Made by a program: the position numbers and the translations under genes. A DNA stretch of 64,000 bases from Octopus vulgaris (Eukaryota). Under the pieces are notes generated by a model, which saw only the letters and a list, made by a program, of their open reading frames with translations, had not been told where the DNA came from and did not search any database. Where the stretch lies: the NCBI GenBank assembly GCA_951406725.2, contig OX597828.1, positions 54,126,001 through 54,190,000 of the forward strand. Direction: 5' to 3'. Below, one piece after another: positions 53,057 through 64,000 of the stretch (the first letter of the stretch is position 1; the number at the start of each line of letters is the position of its first letter).

Positions 53057-53671
53057 ACGGCATTTGCTACACAGTGTTATTGTTATGGGTAGATGCTTGC
53101 TTTTCAGTTTGGCAACCACTGTCCTGGTCGATGGAGCAGCAGATAACCACTCATTAAGGCTTATTTTCTGCTTATTTAACTCCACTGTTAAATATTATAG
53201 ATCGCAGCACAACTGGTAATAAGTCACTTAAAACCGACTCTGATCTTGCTCTATAATTTGTGAGAGAATAAAAACATATGGACGACAGGTACTCAGGCTG
53301 TTCATGTTTTACTATTTATGGATAAATACACTCTAACAAATGCTAGTACATATATATATATATAAACACTGCAATTATGACAGCTGGTTTCTACTATAAT
53401 CATAATTACATCCAGCTATTAGCAAGAAGACGTATATTCCAGTCTTAATGGCTTATCGCATTTCAACCACTTTCGTATGATCTTCAAATCTTGGCCAACG
53501 TTTTTAATAAATGTAAACCTATCTCAGTCACATATCTCATCAGTCATCTTTCGAGCATCGATAAAATAATAACCTTCCATGTCTCAAATCGAACCAGTCG
53601 ATTACGTAACACTGGCCCTATCCAACGCCTTGTGCTAATGTCAGAAATCGTCCTGTCTATCATAGAGAGAC

Positions 53672-53698
53672 TTGAAAAAGGACTTTGTCCGAAACGTC
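53672..53698 (+). ncRNA. degenerate hammerhead core (U3-A8 variant), stem I not formed
   Basis: UUGAAAA-A-GGAC-UUU-GUCC-GAAA-CG-UC; flanks do not pair. Confidence 0.35.
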
Positions 53699-53817
53699 AC
53701 AGATTTCACCTCATAACAGCGTACTAACTTCAGTAACTTGCCTTTGCTACCAATAACACAATTGTGTCTGTTCAGGCCACCAGATGTGTCTTCGAATTTT
53801 GTTTATTTTTTATATAT

Positions 53818-54148
53818 AGGCGCAGGAGTGGCTGTGTGGTAAGTAGCTTGCTTACCAACCACATGGCTCCAGGTTCAGTCCCACTGAGTGGCACCTTGAG
53901 CAAGTATCTTTTATTATAGCCTCGGGCCGACCAAAGCCTTGTGAGTGGATTTGGTAGCCAGAAATTGAAAGAAGCCCGTCGTATATATCTATAAGTGTGT
54001 ATGTATATGTTTGTGTGTCTGTGTTTGTCCCCCGAACATCGCTTGACAACCGATGGTGGTGTGTTTACGTCCCCGAAACTTAGCGGTTTGGTCAAAAAGA
54101 AGGATAGAATAAGTACTAGGCTTACAAAGAATAAGTCCCTGGGTCGAT
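53818..54148 (+). mobile_element. SINE family A (3'-truncated)
   Basis: Ends at GGGTCGAT where an inverted family B copy begins. Confidence 0.8.
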
Positions 54149-54149
54149 T

Positions 54150-54472
54150 CCCAGTACGCAACTGGTACTTAATTTATCGACCTCGAAAAGATGAAAGGCA
54201 AAGTCGACCTCGCCCGAATTTGAACTCAGAACGAAGCGACAGACGAAATACCTATTTCTTTACTACCCACAAGGGGCTAAACACAGAGGGGACAAACAAG
54301 GACAGACAAAGGGATTCAGTCGGTTACATCGATTCCAGTGCGTAATTGGTACTAAATTTATCTACCCCGAAAGGATGAAAGGCAAAGTCGGTGGAATTTG
54401 AACTCAGAATTTGAACGGCAGACGAAATACTGCTAAGTATTTCGTGCTAACGTTTCTGCCAGCTCGCTGCCC
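54150..54472 (-). mobile_element. SINE family B tandem dimer
   Basis: Same junction as 47120-47532. Confidence 0.8.
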
Positions 54473-54610
54473 TTATTTGAAACCAGTATTAAAATATATA
54501 TAACAACAATAAAAAAAACATCAACACATATAGATATTTTAATAATGAAACCAATATTAAAATATCTATATATGTTGATGTCTTTTATTGTTGTTACAAC
54601 TGCCGTTGTT

Positions 54611-55200
54611 TTCTTCTTCTTCTTCTTCTTCTTCATCTTCTTCTTCTTCTTCTTCTTCTTCTTCTTCTTCTTCTTCTTCTTCTTCTTCTTCTTCTTCTTC
54701 TTCTTCTTCTTCTTCTTCTTCTTCTTCTTCTTCTTCTTCTTCCAATCAGGACTCGCGCCATCAACCACAAAGAATAATCTCTAATTTGAGCCTACTCTAA
54801 GCTACTAAGAATGCGTGTGGCAACTTGAAGAGCCACCCACCACACGAGATAGACTGGCGGTTGCACGGGTGCGAAAGCTACGTTGTTATCCTCATTCCGT
54901 AAACGGTGGCTTTTAATGGGTGGAGAGCTGAACTATCCTGGGGTACAGAGGATTCACAATCTAGACTAGGGTCTGAAAGTTTACCACACCATCGTGGGTT
55001 ACACCTCTGCTTTGTGGCAGAAGTAGGAAGAAAGAATGAGAGAAAGTTGTGGTGAAAGAGTACAGTGGGGTTACCCCCCCCCCCCCACCGCCGGAGCCTC
55101 GAGTAGCTCAGGTGCTTTTGCTCAATAGACACTCACAATCGAAACCGTGTTCTTACGACCACGAGCCCGCTGCCCTAATCACTAGGCCATTGCGCCTCCA
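54611..55200 (-). mobile_element. SINE family C, tail type 1 with long (GAA)n tail
   Basis: Reverse complement of 13989-14463. Confidence 0.8.
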
Positions 55201-55203
55201 CTG

Positions 55204-55570
55204 CCGTTGTTGCTGTTGAGCGAACGGTCTTCGTCCCAGAGCTCGCAAGATGGGAGAAGTCCGAAACGTGGTCCTTTGCTATTCGTAAGACCCGCAGAAG
55301 AGAAAGCAGGTTAACCCCCGACACCGAGAGCATCGCCGGATGGATGAATGCGCATCCAGGCTCAGCGGTTGCGTAGGAAGTCGGGGACAAGAAACAGAAA
55401 GAAAGAGTGAGAGAAAGTTGGAGCGAAAGAGTACAACAGGGGTCGCCACCACCCCCTGTCGGAGCCTCGTGGAGCTTTAGGTGTTTTCGCTCAATAAACA
55501 CACACAACGCCCGGTCTGGGAATCGAAACCGCGATCCTCCGACCGCGAGACCGCTGCCATTGCGCCTCCA
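55204..55570 (-). mobile_element. SINE family C, tail type 2
   Basis: Matches 41824-42209. Confidence 0.8.
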
Positions 55571-56204
55571 CCGTTGTTGCTATTGATTACGACTATGACC
55601 GCGGTGATGTGGTGGCGATGGTGGTGGTCATGATGATGCATAAGCTACAGGAAGGTAGCGATGATGACGTCAACGATACCGATACTTGTGAATATATATT
55701 AGTCTTTGCAACGGCCTCAGGTCGTTGACCAGACGGAAACCATCCAATAACTATGAATTTTATATTCTTTACTTAGATTAAGTCAACTCCGTCTCTTTTT
55801 ATTGTATTTTTCTCATTTTTATGAAGAGTTAGTGTGGTGGGTGTGGGTGGAGGATGATGACGGGACAGTGCCCATGATGTCAACAGGACTTCTTCAACTG
55901 GTGACATTAAATGCGTCCCACTAGTGACCTTTCTCGTCCTTTTTTTTTTTTTTTAGACATAATGTAAGTAAAGCTAAATTTCTACAACCTGTCCTTCTGT
56001 GTTATAAGTCATTACAACGAAATTTGGGAGAGATTCAACTGCTATATCTAGCAAGATGAGCAACAGCACAAAAGCTCCCTCATTCTTGTGGAGTCAAGGG
56101 TGACGAGTTGACCGAAATTGTAAGGAAAAGCACTAAAATGCCTAACGGTAAGCAACTTATTTTGGTCACTCTACGTTCTGAGTTCAAATTCCATCGGGTT
56201 TTAA

Positions 56205-56420
56205 CCCTTTCGTTACCAACCCGGTTGAAACTGACTCTGGCTCTGAGTACAAATGTCTTGTTTTCCTAAGTTTTGAATTAAAATCTTCCACCAAACCTTA
56301 GTCACAATTTATATTCCTAACACTAGCTGAATGATAACTAAGTTATTTTACTAAATTCTTTGTTATTTTTAAAGTAATTGAAAGAAACACAGAGCATCTC
56401 AACAGAAATACGATAACAAA
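56205..56420. mobile_element. piggyBac-like MITE inserted in a family B SINE
   Basis: TTAA|CCCTTTCGTTAC; reverse complement of 3489-3708; other end decayed. Confidence 0.7.
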
Positions 56421-56624
56421 TATTACCTTTCGTCACTCAGGTGTCAATTTAACAACTATGAAAGTATATCACAGGAAGACCGAACCCAAGGCCAAGTGGT
56501 TACTAAACGGACTCCTTAACCACACAACCATGCTGCTTCTATTGTTCCTCCCAGTCGATCACTGCTGCGCAGTCCTTCACCTTCGGTGGTGGGGATGTCG
56601 CTTACATTACTATTTACTATTATA

Positions 56625-56847
56625 CTTGTTTGACTGTGGCCATGCTGGAGCACCGCCTTTTAGTCGAGCAAATCGACCCCAGGACTTATTCTTTGTAAGC
56701 CTAGTACTTATTCTATCGCTCGCTTTTGCCGAACCGCTAAGTTACAGTGACGTAAACACACCAGCATTGGTTGTCAAGCGATGTTCGGGGGGAAAAACAC
56801 AAACACACAAACATACACACACCCCTCCCACACACACACACACACAC

Positions 56848-56886
<39 letters not shown>

Positions 56887-57058
56887 CATATATAGGACGG
56901 GCTTCTTTCAGTTTCCGTCTACCAAATCCACTCACAAGGCTTTGGTCGACCCGAGGCTATAGTAGAAGACACTTGCCCAAGTTGCCACGCAGTGGGACTG
57001 AACCCGGAACCATGTGGCTGGTAAGCAAGCTACTTACCACACAGCCACTCCTACGCCT
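56625..57058 (-). mobile_element. SINE family A
   Basis: Reverse-complement copy. Confidence 0.85.
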
Positions 57059-57570
57059 TGTCGGGGTTTTTTTTTCTCTTGGGCCTCTTTGGAAAAACCG
57101 ATGGCAGAATCTCAACCGTATTCTTTGATAATGATGCCTTAAATGTTTTGATGTGTAAATATTACTAATCCTCATTCTTAATGAATATTCCTAAATTGAA
57201 AGAAATACGTCATTTACACCAATTATCAAATAATCTCTAAATAGTGAGTGCGCATCCGTAGCAGAGGGATTTAGAGATCGGGTTTCTATAAATACAGTCA
57301 AAAACAATTCGACTAAAGTACATTAACCTTAACACCGCCAGGTATTCTGCCACTGTGTGCGTGTATGTATGTGTGTATGTATGTGTGTATGTGTGTGTGT
57401 ATGTGTGTGTGTGTGTGTGCGTGCGCATGACCATGCAATATGTATGTATGTATTGTATATACATGAATGAATGAATGAATGTATGTATATGTGCATATAT
57501 TTATGCGTGTTTTGTGCGCGTGTGCATGTGTGAATAAATATTACACACATATACTTTATGTATATGCATG

Positions 57571-57607
<37 letters not shown>

Positions 57608-57648
57608 ATGTATGTATATATATATATGCATGTATGTATGTATATATG

Positions 57649-57682
<34 letters not shown>

Positions 57683-58214
57683 TGTATGTATGTATGTATG
57701 TATGTATACATGTGTGTTTACGTCCGTGTGTGTGTGTGTGTGTGTGTGTATTTGTAAGCGTGTGTGTGTGTGTGTATGTTATTCATCTCGCTTGCCATTT
57801 GCTGACGATAATTTTTTATTAGCACTAATAACGTTTTCCTCATTAGGGTTGCAATTTTAATTAACTAAAAATTATTTTCGGCCCATAACATCAAGTACGA
57901 TTGCTTGCGCCAAAATACGTGTTTTTTTATGCACCAGCATTTTATGTAAGCAGGAATTATTCCTACTGACACACGCAAATCCATACACACACACACACAT
58001 GTACACACACACACACACATGTACACACACACACACATACACATGTGTATATTTATACTTGCATATATTATATACTGTAAACAAATATATGTACAAAGTA
58101 TACGTGTATATATATATATATATATATATTTAACTAGATAAGTGGTACAATGTATAATTCTACCCTTATGGGGCTTTATTTTACTGAAAAGTAATACATT
58201 TATATATATGTATG

Positions 58215-58256
<42 letters not shown>

Positions 58257-58361
58257 CAACGAAAAATTGTAAAAAGGCAGAATGCTAAATTGAAAGAAAA
58301 TTTTAATGAAAATGGGTGTATGGAAAAATTTTTTGAAAAATTGATAAAATATATATATATT

Positions 58362-58403
58362 AATTCAAACCGGTTTTCGTCATAATGTGACTTTTCAAGA
58401 ATT
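58362..58403 (-). ncRNA. minimal hammerhead, U3-A8 core variant
   Basis: AAUUC-UUGAAAA-GUCA-CAUUA-UGAC-GAAA-ACCGGU-UU^GAAUU; all three stems pair, palindromic stem III. Confidence 0.65.
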
Positions 58404-58522
58404 GTAAAGAAAATTTTTTTTTTTAATGTGAGGAGGGGGAAAAAAGAAAATTACATTGTTTTTTGCAAAAAAATAATAATAAATATATACAAAACTTAAA
58501 AAATAGGTACTCCGATGCATTT

Positions 58523-58608
<86 letters not shown>

Positions 58609-58613
58609 GGATT

Positions 58614-58984
58614 AGGCGTAGGAGTGGCTGTGTGGTAAGTAGCTTGCTTACCAACCACATGGTTCCGGTTTCGGTCCCACTGCGTGGAACCTTGGGCAAG
58701 CTTCGGGCCGAGCAAAGCCTTTTGAGTGGATTTGGTAGACGGAAACTGAAAGAAACCCGTCGTATATATATATATATATATATGTATATGTTTGTGTTTG
58801 TCCCACGCACCCCAACATCGCTTGACAACCGATGCTGGTTTGTTTACGTCCTCGTAACGTAGCGGTTCGGCTAAAGAGACCGATGGAATAAGTACTAGGC
58901 TTACAAAGAATAAGTCCTGGGGTCGATTTGCTCGACTAAAGGCCACAGTCAAATGACTGAAACAAATAAAAGAGTAAAAGAGTA
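58614..58984 (+). mobile_element. SINE family A (further 3' half at 59370-59595)
   Basis: Copy with internal deletions. Confidence 0.8.
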
Positions 58985-59344
58985 TAGTGGCTGCTTTCTC
59001 GTATACGAGCAAAGCCATTGATAGAAACGATCATTGAAATGAGTCACTTAAATGCAATGTGAAGCCCTTACATGACTCTTGAGTCTCACCAAAGATCTGC
59101 CCATTTTCGCGTCACAGCATGAAGCCTTTTGACATGTCTTTTAGATCCGCCAACTAAACTGCACACCTTTCCACAGATTGCACATGTTCTGTTGTCAACA
59201 ATAGCTGTATCATAATTTACAAGGGGGGGGGGGCAATTCCCGTGGCTTCTTTGATGGCTGACCAGACCTCACAACTAAAGCATTGCCTCCAACAAATCAC
59301 ACACGTGAAAATCAATACTCCTTAGTGTGTGTGTGTGCGTGTGT

Positions 59345-59389
<45 letters not shown>

Positions 59390-59594
59390 TGTGTCTGTGT
59401 TTGTCACTCCTACATCGCTTGACAACCGATGTTGGTGTGTTTACGTCCCCGTAACTTAGCGGTTCGGCAAAAAAGACCGATAGAATAAGTACTAGGCTTA
59501 CAAAAACTAAGTTCTGGGGTCGATTTGTTCGACTAAAGGCGATGCTCCAGCACGGCCGCAGTCAAGTGACTGAAACAAATAAAAGAATAAAAGA

Positions 59595-59627
<33 letters not shown>

Positions 59628-60267
59628 ACGAAAGAGAGAGGAAAGAGAATAAGAGAGAAGGGGAGAGGAGAAGAAAGAACCAAATTTTTTTTCAAACCGC
59701 AATAAATATAACCGTCGATCCTCGTTAATACACAATACACCTTCACGTTCACACAGACACAAATACATTCATATACACACATACACTCAAATATACACCC
59801 ACCTCTATACACACAAAATACCCCACTCATGGCATCTATTCATCTAGAAAAAAACTATTGTCAGGACTATTTATCAGCTCTTACGCGCCTATAAAATGGC
59901 TGACTGCCTTATCTCTCCCCCCCTTCTCCCTATCTCTCTCTCATACACACACACACTCTGATTTACACACATATACATCATTGATATCAGTGTCAATTGT
60001 ACATATGTTGTACCTCAACACAACGAGAGTTGCAAACAGATTTATATTACAAACACATGAAACTGATAAAACATTACCCACTCCACACACACACAGAGAT
60101 TGTGGTGTAGAACTCAATATACTTTAGAACGAAACGTCAGTCGAGTACGGAGCAGTGATAAGATAGCGCATTTTCATTGATATGAGTGTGTGCGTGTGTG
60201 TATGTGTGTGTAAATGTGCATATGTATATCACATACATATAACTATATATATGTGTATATGTATATC

Positions 60268-60330
<63 letters not shown>

Positions 60331-60336
<6 letters not shown>

Positions 60337-61194
60337 TAATAAATAAATAAAACATATGCATATATATACATACATACATATATGTACGTACCTACCTCTA
60401 CATGTATATATACATGCATATATGGGTACAGTACACCAAAAAAACGTCGAACACAATGAGAAACACAAAACCCAGGAAATGGACATTTTTCTTAAACAAC
60501 GAAAAAATAGAGTACAGGATATACAAAACAAGGAAAATTCCCCTTCTTCAGTCGCCTTTGTTTCATCTACTCCACGTTTCGAAGGTCAAGGCGATACATG
60601 ACTTTAATGAAACAATCCTTCCCGCGAAAATCAAATTAAATAAAATTTGAGATTTTTTTGCGGAGGGGTAAAAATGGTAACAAAAACAGGACAGTAACGA
60701 CAGTACAAAATATAAACAGTAAAAGACAGGACAAGGAGAATAACAGTAACACAAACAAGAAGGGCTGTTAAGTCGAACGAGATAAAAGTTTTTACGAACG
60801 CTATTTTTTGAGAACGGCGAGGGAGCAACAGATGTGCCGTCTCTACTTGAAGGTAGCCAGGAGAAGAAAGACAGTAGCAGAGTTCTCGTCGCGGGTCAAC
60901 GATGGGAGGGGGAGGAGGAGGAGGAGGAGGAGGAGTAAGAGAAGGGGAGAGAAAAAAGGGAATGGTTGTAGAGAAAAGAATAAAGAATGAGAAAGAGAGA
61001 GGGAGAGACAGTAAGGTAGAAGAAAAGGAAGGCCAAAAGAATGAAGGCTGAGAAAGTGAGGGGGAGAGAAAGGTTAAGAGTGCGCATCATTATTAATATT
61101 AAGAACAATCTTACTTAGAAATGGATGCGTGCGTTCCGTCATATAATAAATTAATAAATAAAACATATGCATATATACATACATATATGTACGT
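60331..61194 (-). mobile_element. non-coding element with about 55-bp terminal direct repeats (Penelope/retrozyme-like)
   Basis: ATAAATTAATAAATAA..AACATATGCATATATA..CATATATGTACGT at 60331-60389 and 61147-61194; abuts (TA)n; contains a permuted HHR. Confidence 0.5.
60540..60614 (-). ncRNA. candidate non-circularly permuted hammerhead ribozyme
   Basis: CAUGUA^UCGCCUU-GA-CCUUC-GAAA-CGUG-14nt-AAGGCGA-CUGAAGA-A-GGGG; stem I 7 bp, stem III 5 bp, stem II 4 bp. Confidence 0.6.
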
Positions 61195-61361
61195 CGCTAC
61201 GTTCTGAGTTCAAATTCCGCCGAGGTCGACTTTGCCTTTCATCCTTTCGGGGTCGATAAATTAAGTACCAGTTACGCACTGGGGCCGATGCAATCGACTT
61301 AATCCGTTTGTCTGTCCTTGTTTGTCCCTTCTATGTTTAGCCCCTTGTGGGTAGTAAAGAA
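61195..61361 (+). mobile_element. SINE family B, 5'-truncated
   Basis: B-box through CCCCTTGTGGGTAGTAAAGAAA tail. Confidence 0.8.
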
Positions 61362-61426
<65 letters not shown>

Positions 61427-61559
61427 CATATATACATATATACATATATACATATATATACATATACATCAATATACATATATACATACATATATACATC
61501 TATATATATATGTGTGTGTGTGTATACATACATTTGTATGTATATATATATATATATAT

Positions 61560-61862
61560 TTCTTTATTCCTTTATTCCTTTATTTGTTTCAATCATTTTA
61601 CTGCGGCCATGCTGGAGCACCACCTTTAGTCGAACAAATGGATCCCAAAACATATTCTTTGTAAGCCTAGTACTTATTCTGTATGTCCTTTTTGCCGAAC
61701 CGCTAAGTTACGGGGACGTAAACACACCAACGTCAGTTGTCAAGCGATAGTGGGAAAACAAACACAGACACACACACACAAATAATTAAATACATACAGA
61801 CAGACACTCAGACAGACAGACAGGCAGACTGACAGACAGACAGACAGACAGAGAAACAGACG

Positions 61863-61948
<86 letters not shown>

Positions 61949-62193
61949 GATATACAAGACTGGCATCTTTCAGTTTGCGTCAACCAAATCCATTCACAAG
62001 GCTTTGGTCGGCCCGAGACTATAGTAGCAGACAGGCACAGGCGTGGCTGAGTGGTACGAAATTCGCTTCTCAACCACATGATTCCAGGTTCAATCCCACT
62101 GCGTTATCCCTTGGGCAAGTATCTTCTACTATAGCCTCGGGCCAACCAAAGTCTTGGTGGATTTGGTTGACGAAAACCGAAAGACGCTTGTCG

Positions 62194-62240
<47 letters not shown>

Positions 62241-62460
62241 ATGTGTGTGTGTGTGTCTTTGTGTTTGTCCCCTATCACTGCTTGACAACCCGGTGTTGGT
62301 GTGTTTAACTTCCTTTAACTTAGCGGTCCGTAAAAGAGATCAGTAGAATAAGTACTAAACTTTACAAAAAAGATAAGTATAGGGGTCGATTCATTGAATT
62401 AAAAATTCATCAAGGCTGTGCCCCAGCATGGCCGCAGTCTGATGCCTGAGACAAGTAAAA
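61560..62460. mobile_element. two divergently oriented SINE family A copies (61560-62030 minus, 62032-62460 plus)
   Basis: Family A motifs; internal (GACA)/(GATA)n and (TG)n. Confidence 0.7.
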
Positions 62461-62602
62461 CCATATAAAAAAAGAGAGAGAGACAAGATGCATATATACA
62501 TACCTATATGTGTACATACTCATGTATAAACACATACATATATAAATACATACATAAATAAATACAGACACACACACACACTCTCTCTCTCTCTCTCTCT
62601 CA

Positions 62603-62756
<154 letters not shown>

Positions 62757-63000
62757 TATCGGTGAGACGAGGAGCATTTAATCATCATCAGGTATGACTA
62801 ATAACTTATGCGCTGAAGAGGAGTTACGCACCGTCAACCACATTCTCTCATCCGTGACCATCTTCAATCCCTTGGCAAGACCAGGTCAACATGACTCGGA
62901 GCGGAGACCGAAATGAAGTGGACGACGGCCAAGATGTCTTATTTGCCTCACCTTCCTCTTCATCTTCCTCTCTGCACTCGTTTTGTTCATCATTCTTTAA

Positions 63001-63355
63001 ATGTATGTATGTATGTATGTATGTATGTATGTATGTATGTATGTATGTATGTATGTATGTATGTATGTATGTATGTATGTATGTATGTATGTATGTATGT
63101 ATGTATGTGTATGTATGTATGTATGTATGTATGTATGTATGTATGCATGCATGAATGTATGTATGTATGTATGTATGTATGTATGTATGCATGCATGCAT
63201 GCATGTATGTATGTGTATGTATGTATGTATGTATGTATGTATGTATGTATGTATGTATGCATGCATGAATGTATGTATGTATGTATGTATGTATGTATGT
63301 ATGCATGCATGCATGCATGCATGCATACATACATGCATGCATGCATGCATGTATG

Positions 63356-63387
<32 letters not shown>

Positions 63388-63487
63388 TGTATGTATGCAT
63401 GCATGCATGCATGTATGTATGTATGTATGTATGTATGTATGTATGCATGCATGCATGCATGCATGCATGTATGTATGTATATGTATG

Positions 63488-63519
<32 letters not shown>

Positions 63520-63765
63520 TGTATGTATGTATGTATGTATGTATGTGTGTATGTATGTATGTATGTATGTATGTATGTATGTATGTATGTATGTATGTAT
63601 GTATGTATGTGTGTGTGTATGTATGTATGTATGTGTGTATGTATGCATGTATGTATGTATGTATGTATTATGTATGTATATATGTGTGTATGTATGCATG
63701 TATGTATGTATGTATGTATGCTTGCATGTGTGTGTGTGTGTGTATGCGTGTGTGTGTGTGTGTGA
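63001..63765. repeat. (ATGT)n/(ATGC)n compound microsatellite
   Basis: Seen directly; similar tracts at 26725-27037, 28790-29100, 43028-43330. Confidence 0.95.
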
Positions 63766-64000
63766 TTTCAACCGCATCCGGTACAGGGCCTCTGAATCGG
63801 GAGTTCCAAGTTTTCTTTTTAGGGCAGTGAAACCAACCCCTTAACCACTATCGCGTTACTGCTGTCGCCTCCCCCTCCGTGCAAGTCATGACGGTTTCTT
63901 CCACCGAGTCGCAGAGTCCCCCCCGGGGCCAGTCTTCACAAGCATTGGGAGATATGCCTCAATATGTTAATTAACGTATAGCGGGGAACCTGGCAGGGGC

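Noticed and set aside
55245-55280. CCGAAACGTGG in SINE C tail 2 (also at about 41882)
   Set aside because: No CUGANGA box on that strand in any order
63770-64000. GC-richer terminal segment with A-box-like TAGTGGTTAAG on the minus strand
   Set aside because: No clear B-box or fold, and truncated by the window edge

Overview
AT-rich, repeat-dominated animal genomic DNA, most likely a coleoid cephalopod (Octopus-like; inferred from the extreme microsatellite density and the tRNA-derived SINE families, not from a database match). Almost all listed ORFs are microsatellite or SINE artefacts. The only credible host coding sequence is a probable first exon on the minus strand (9049-8735). The rest is several SINE families (called A, B, C, E and F here), decayed LINE 3' ends (CR1, RTE, R4/Dong, L1/Tx1-like), a Ty3/Gypsy pol fragment, a decayed Chapaev-like transposase, MITEs (Merlin-like, hAT, piggyBac-like, Tc1/mariner-like), Helitron-like elements and satellites. 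The main signal is a set of about eight hammerhead-ribozyme (HHR) motifs in unrelated short elements, mostly next to microsatellites, as in Penelope-like elements/retrozymes. Three stand out: (1) an HHR at 60540-60614 whose three strands are in a non-circularly permuted (pseudoknotted) order; (2) a tRNA-headed SINE carrying an HHR and an inverted 5' duplication (158-430); (3) a copy whose 5' end (28344) maps to the predicted cleavage site of its longer relative (35632/35631). All structures were read by eye; no folding or homology search was run.
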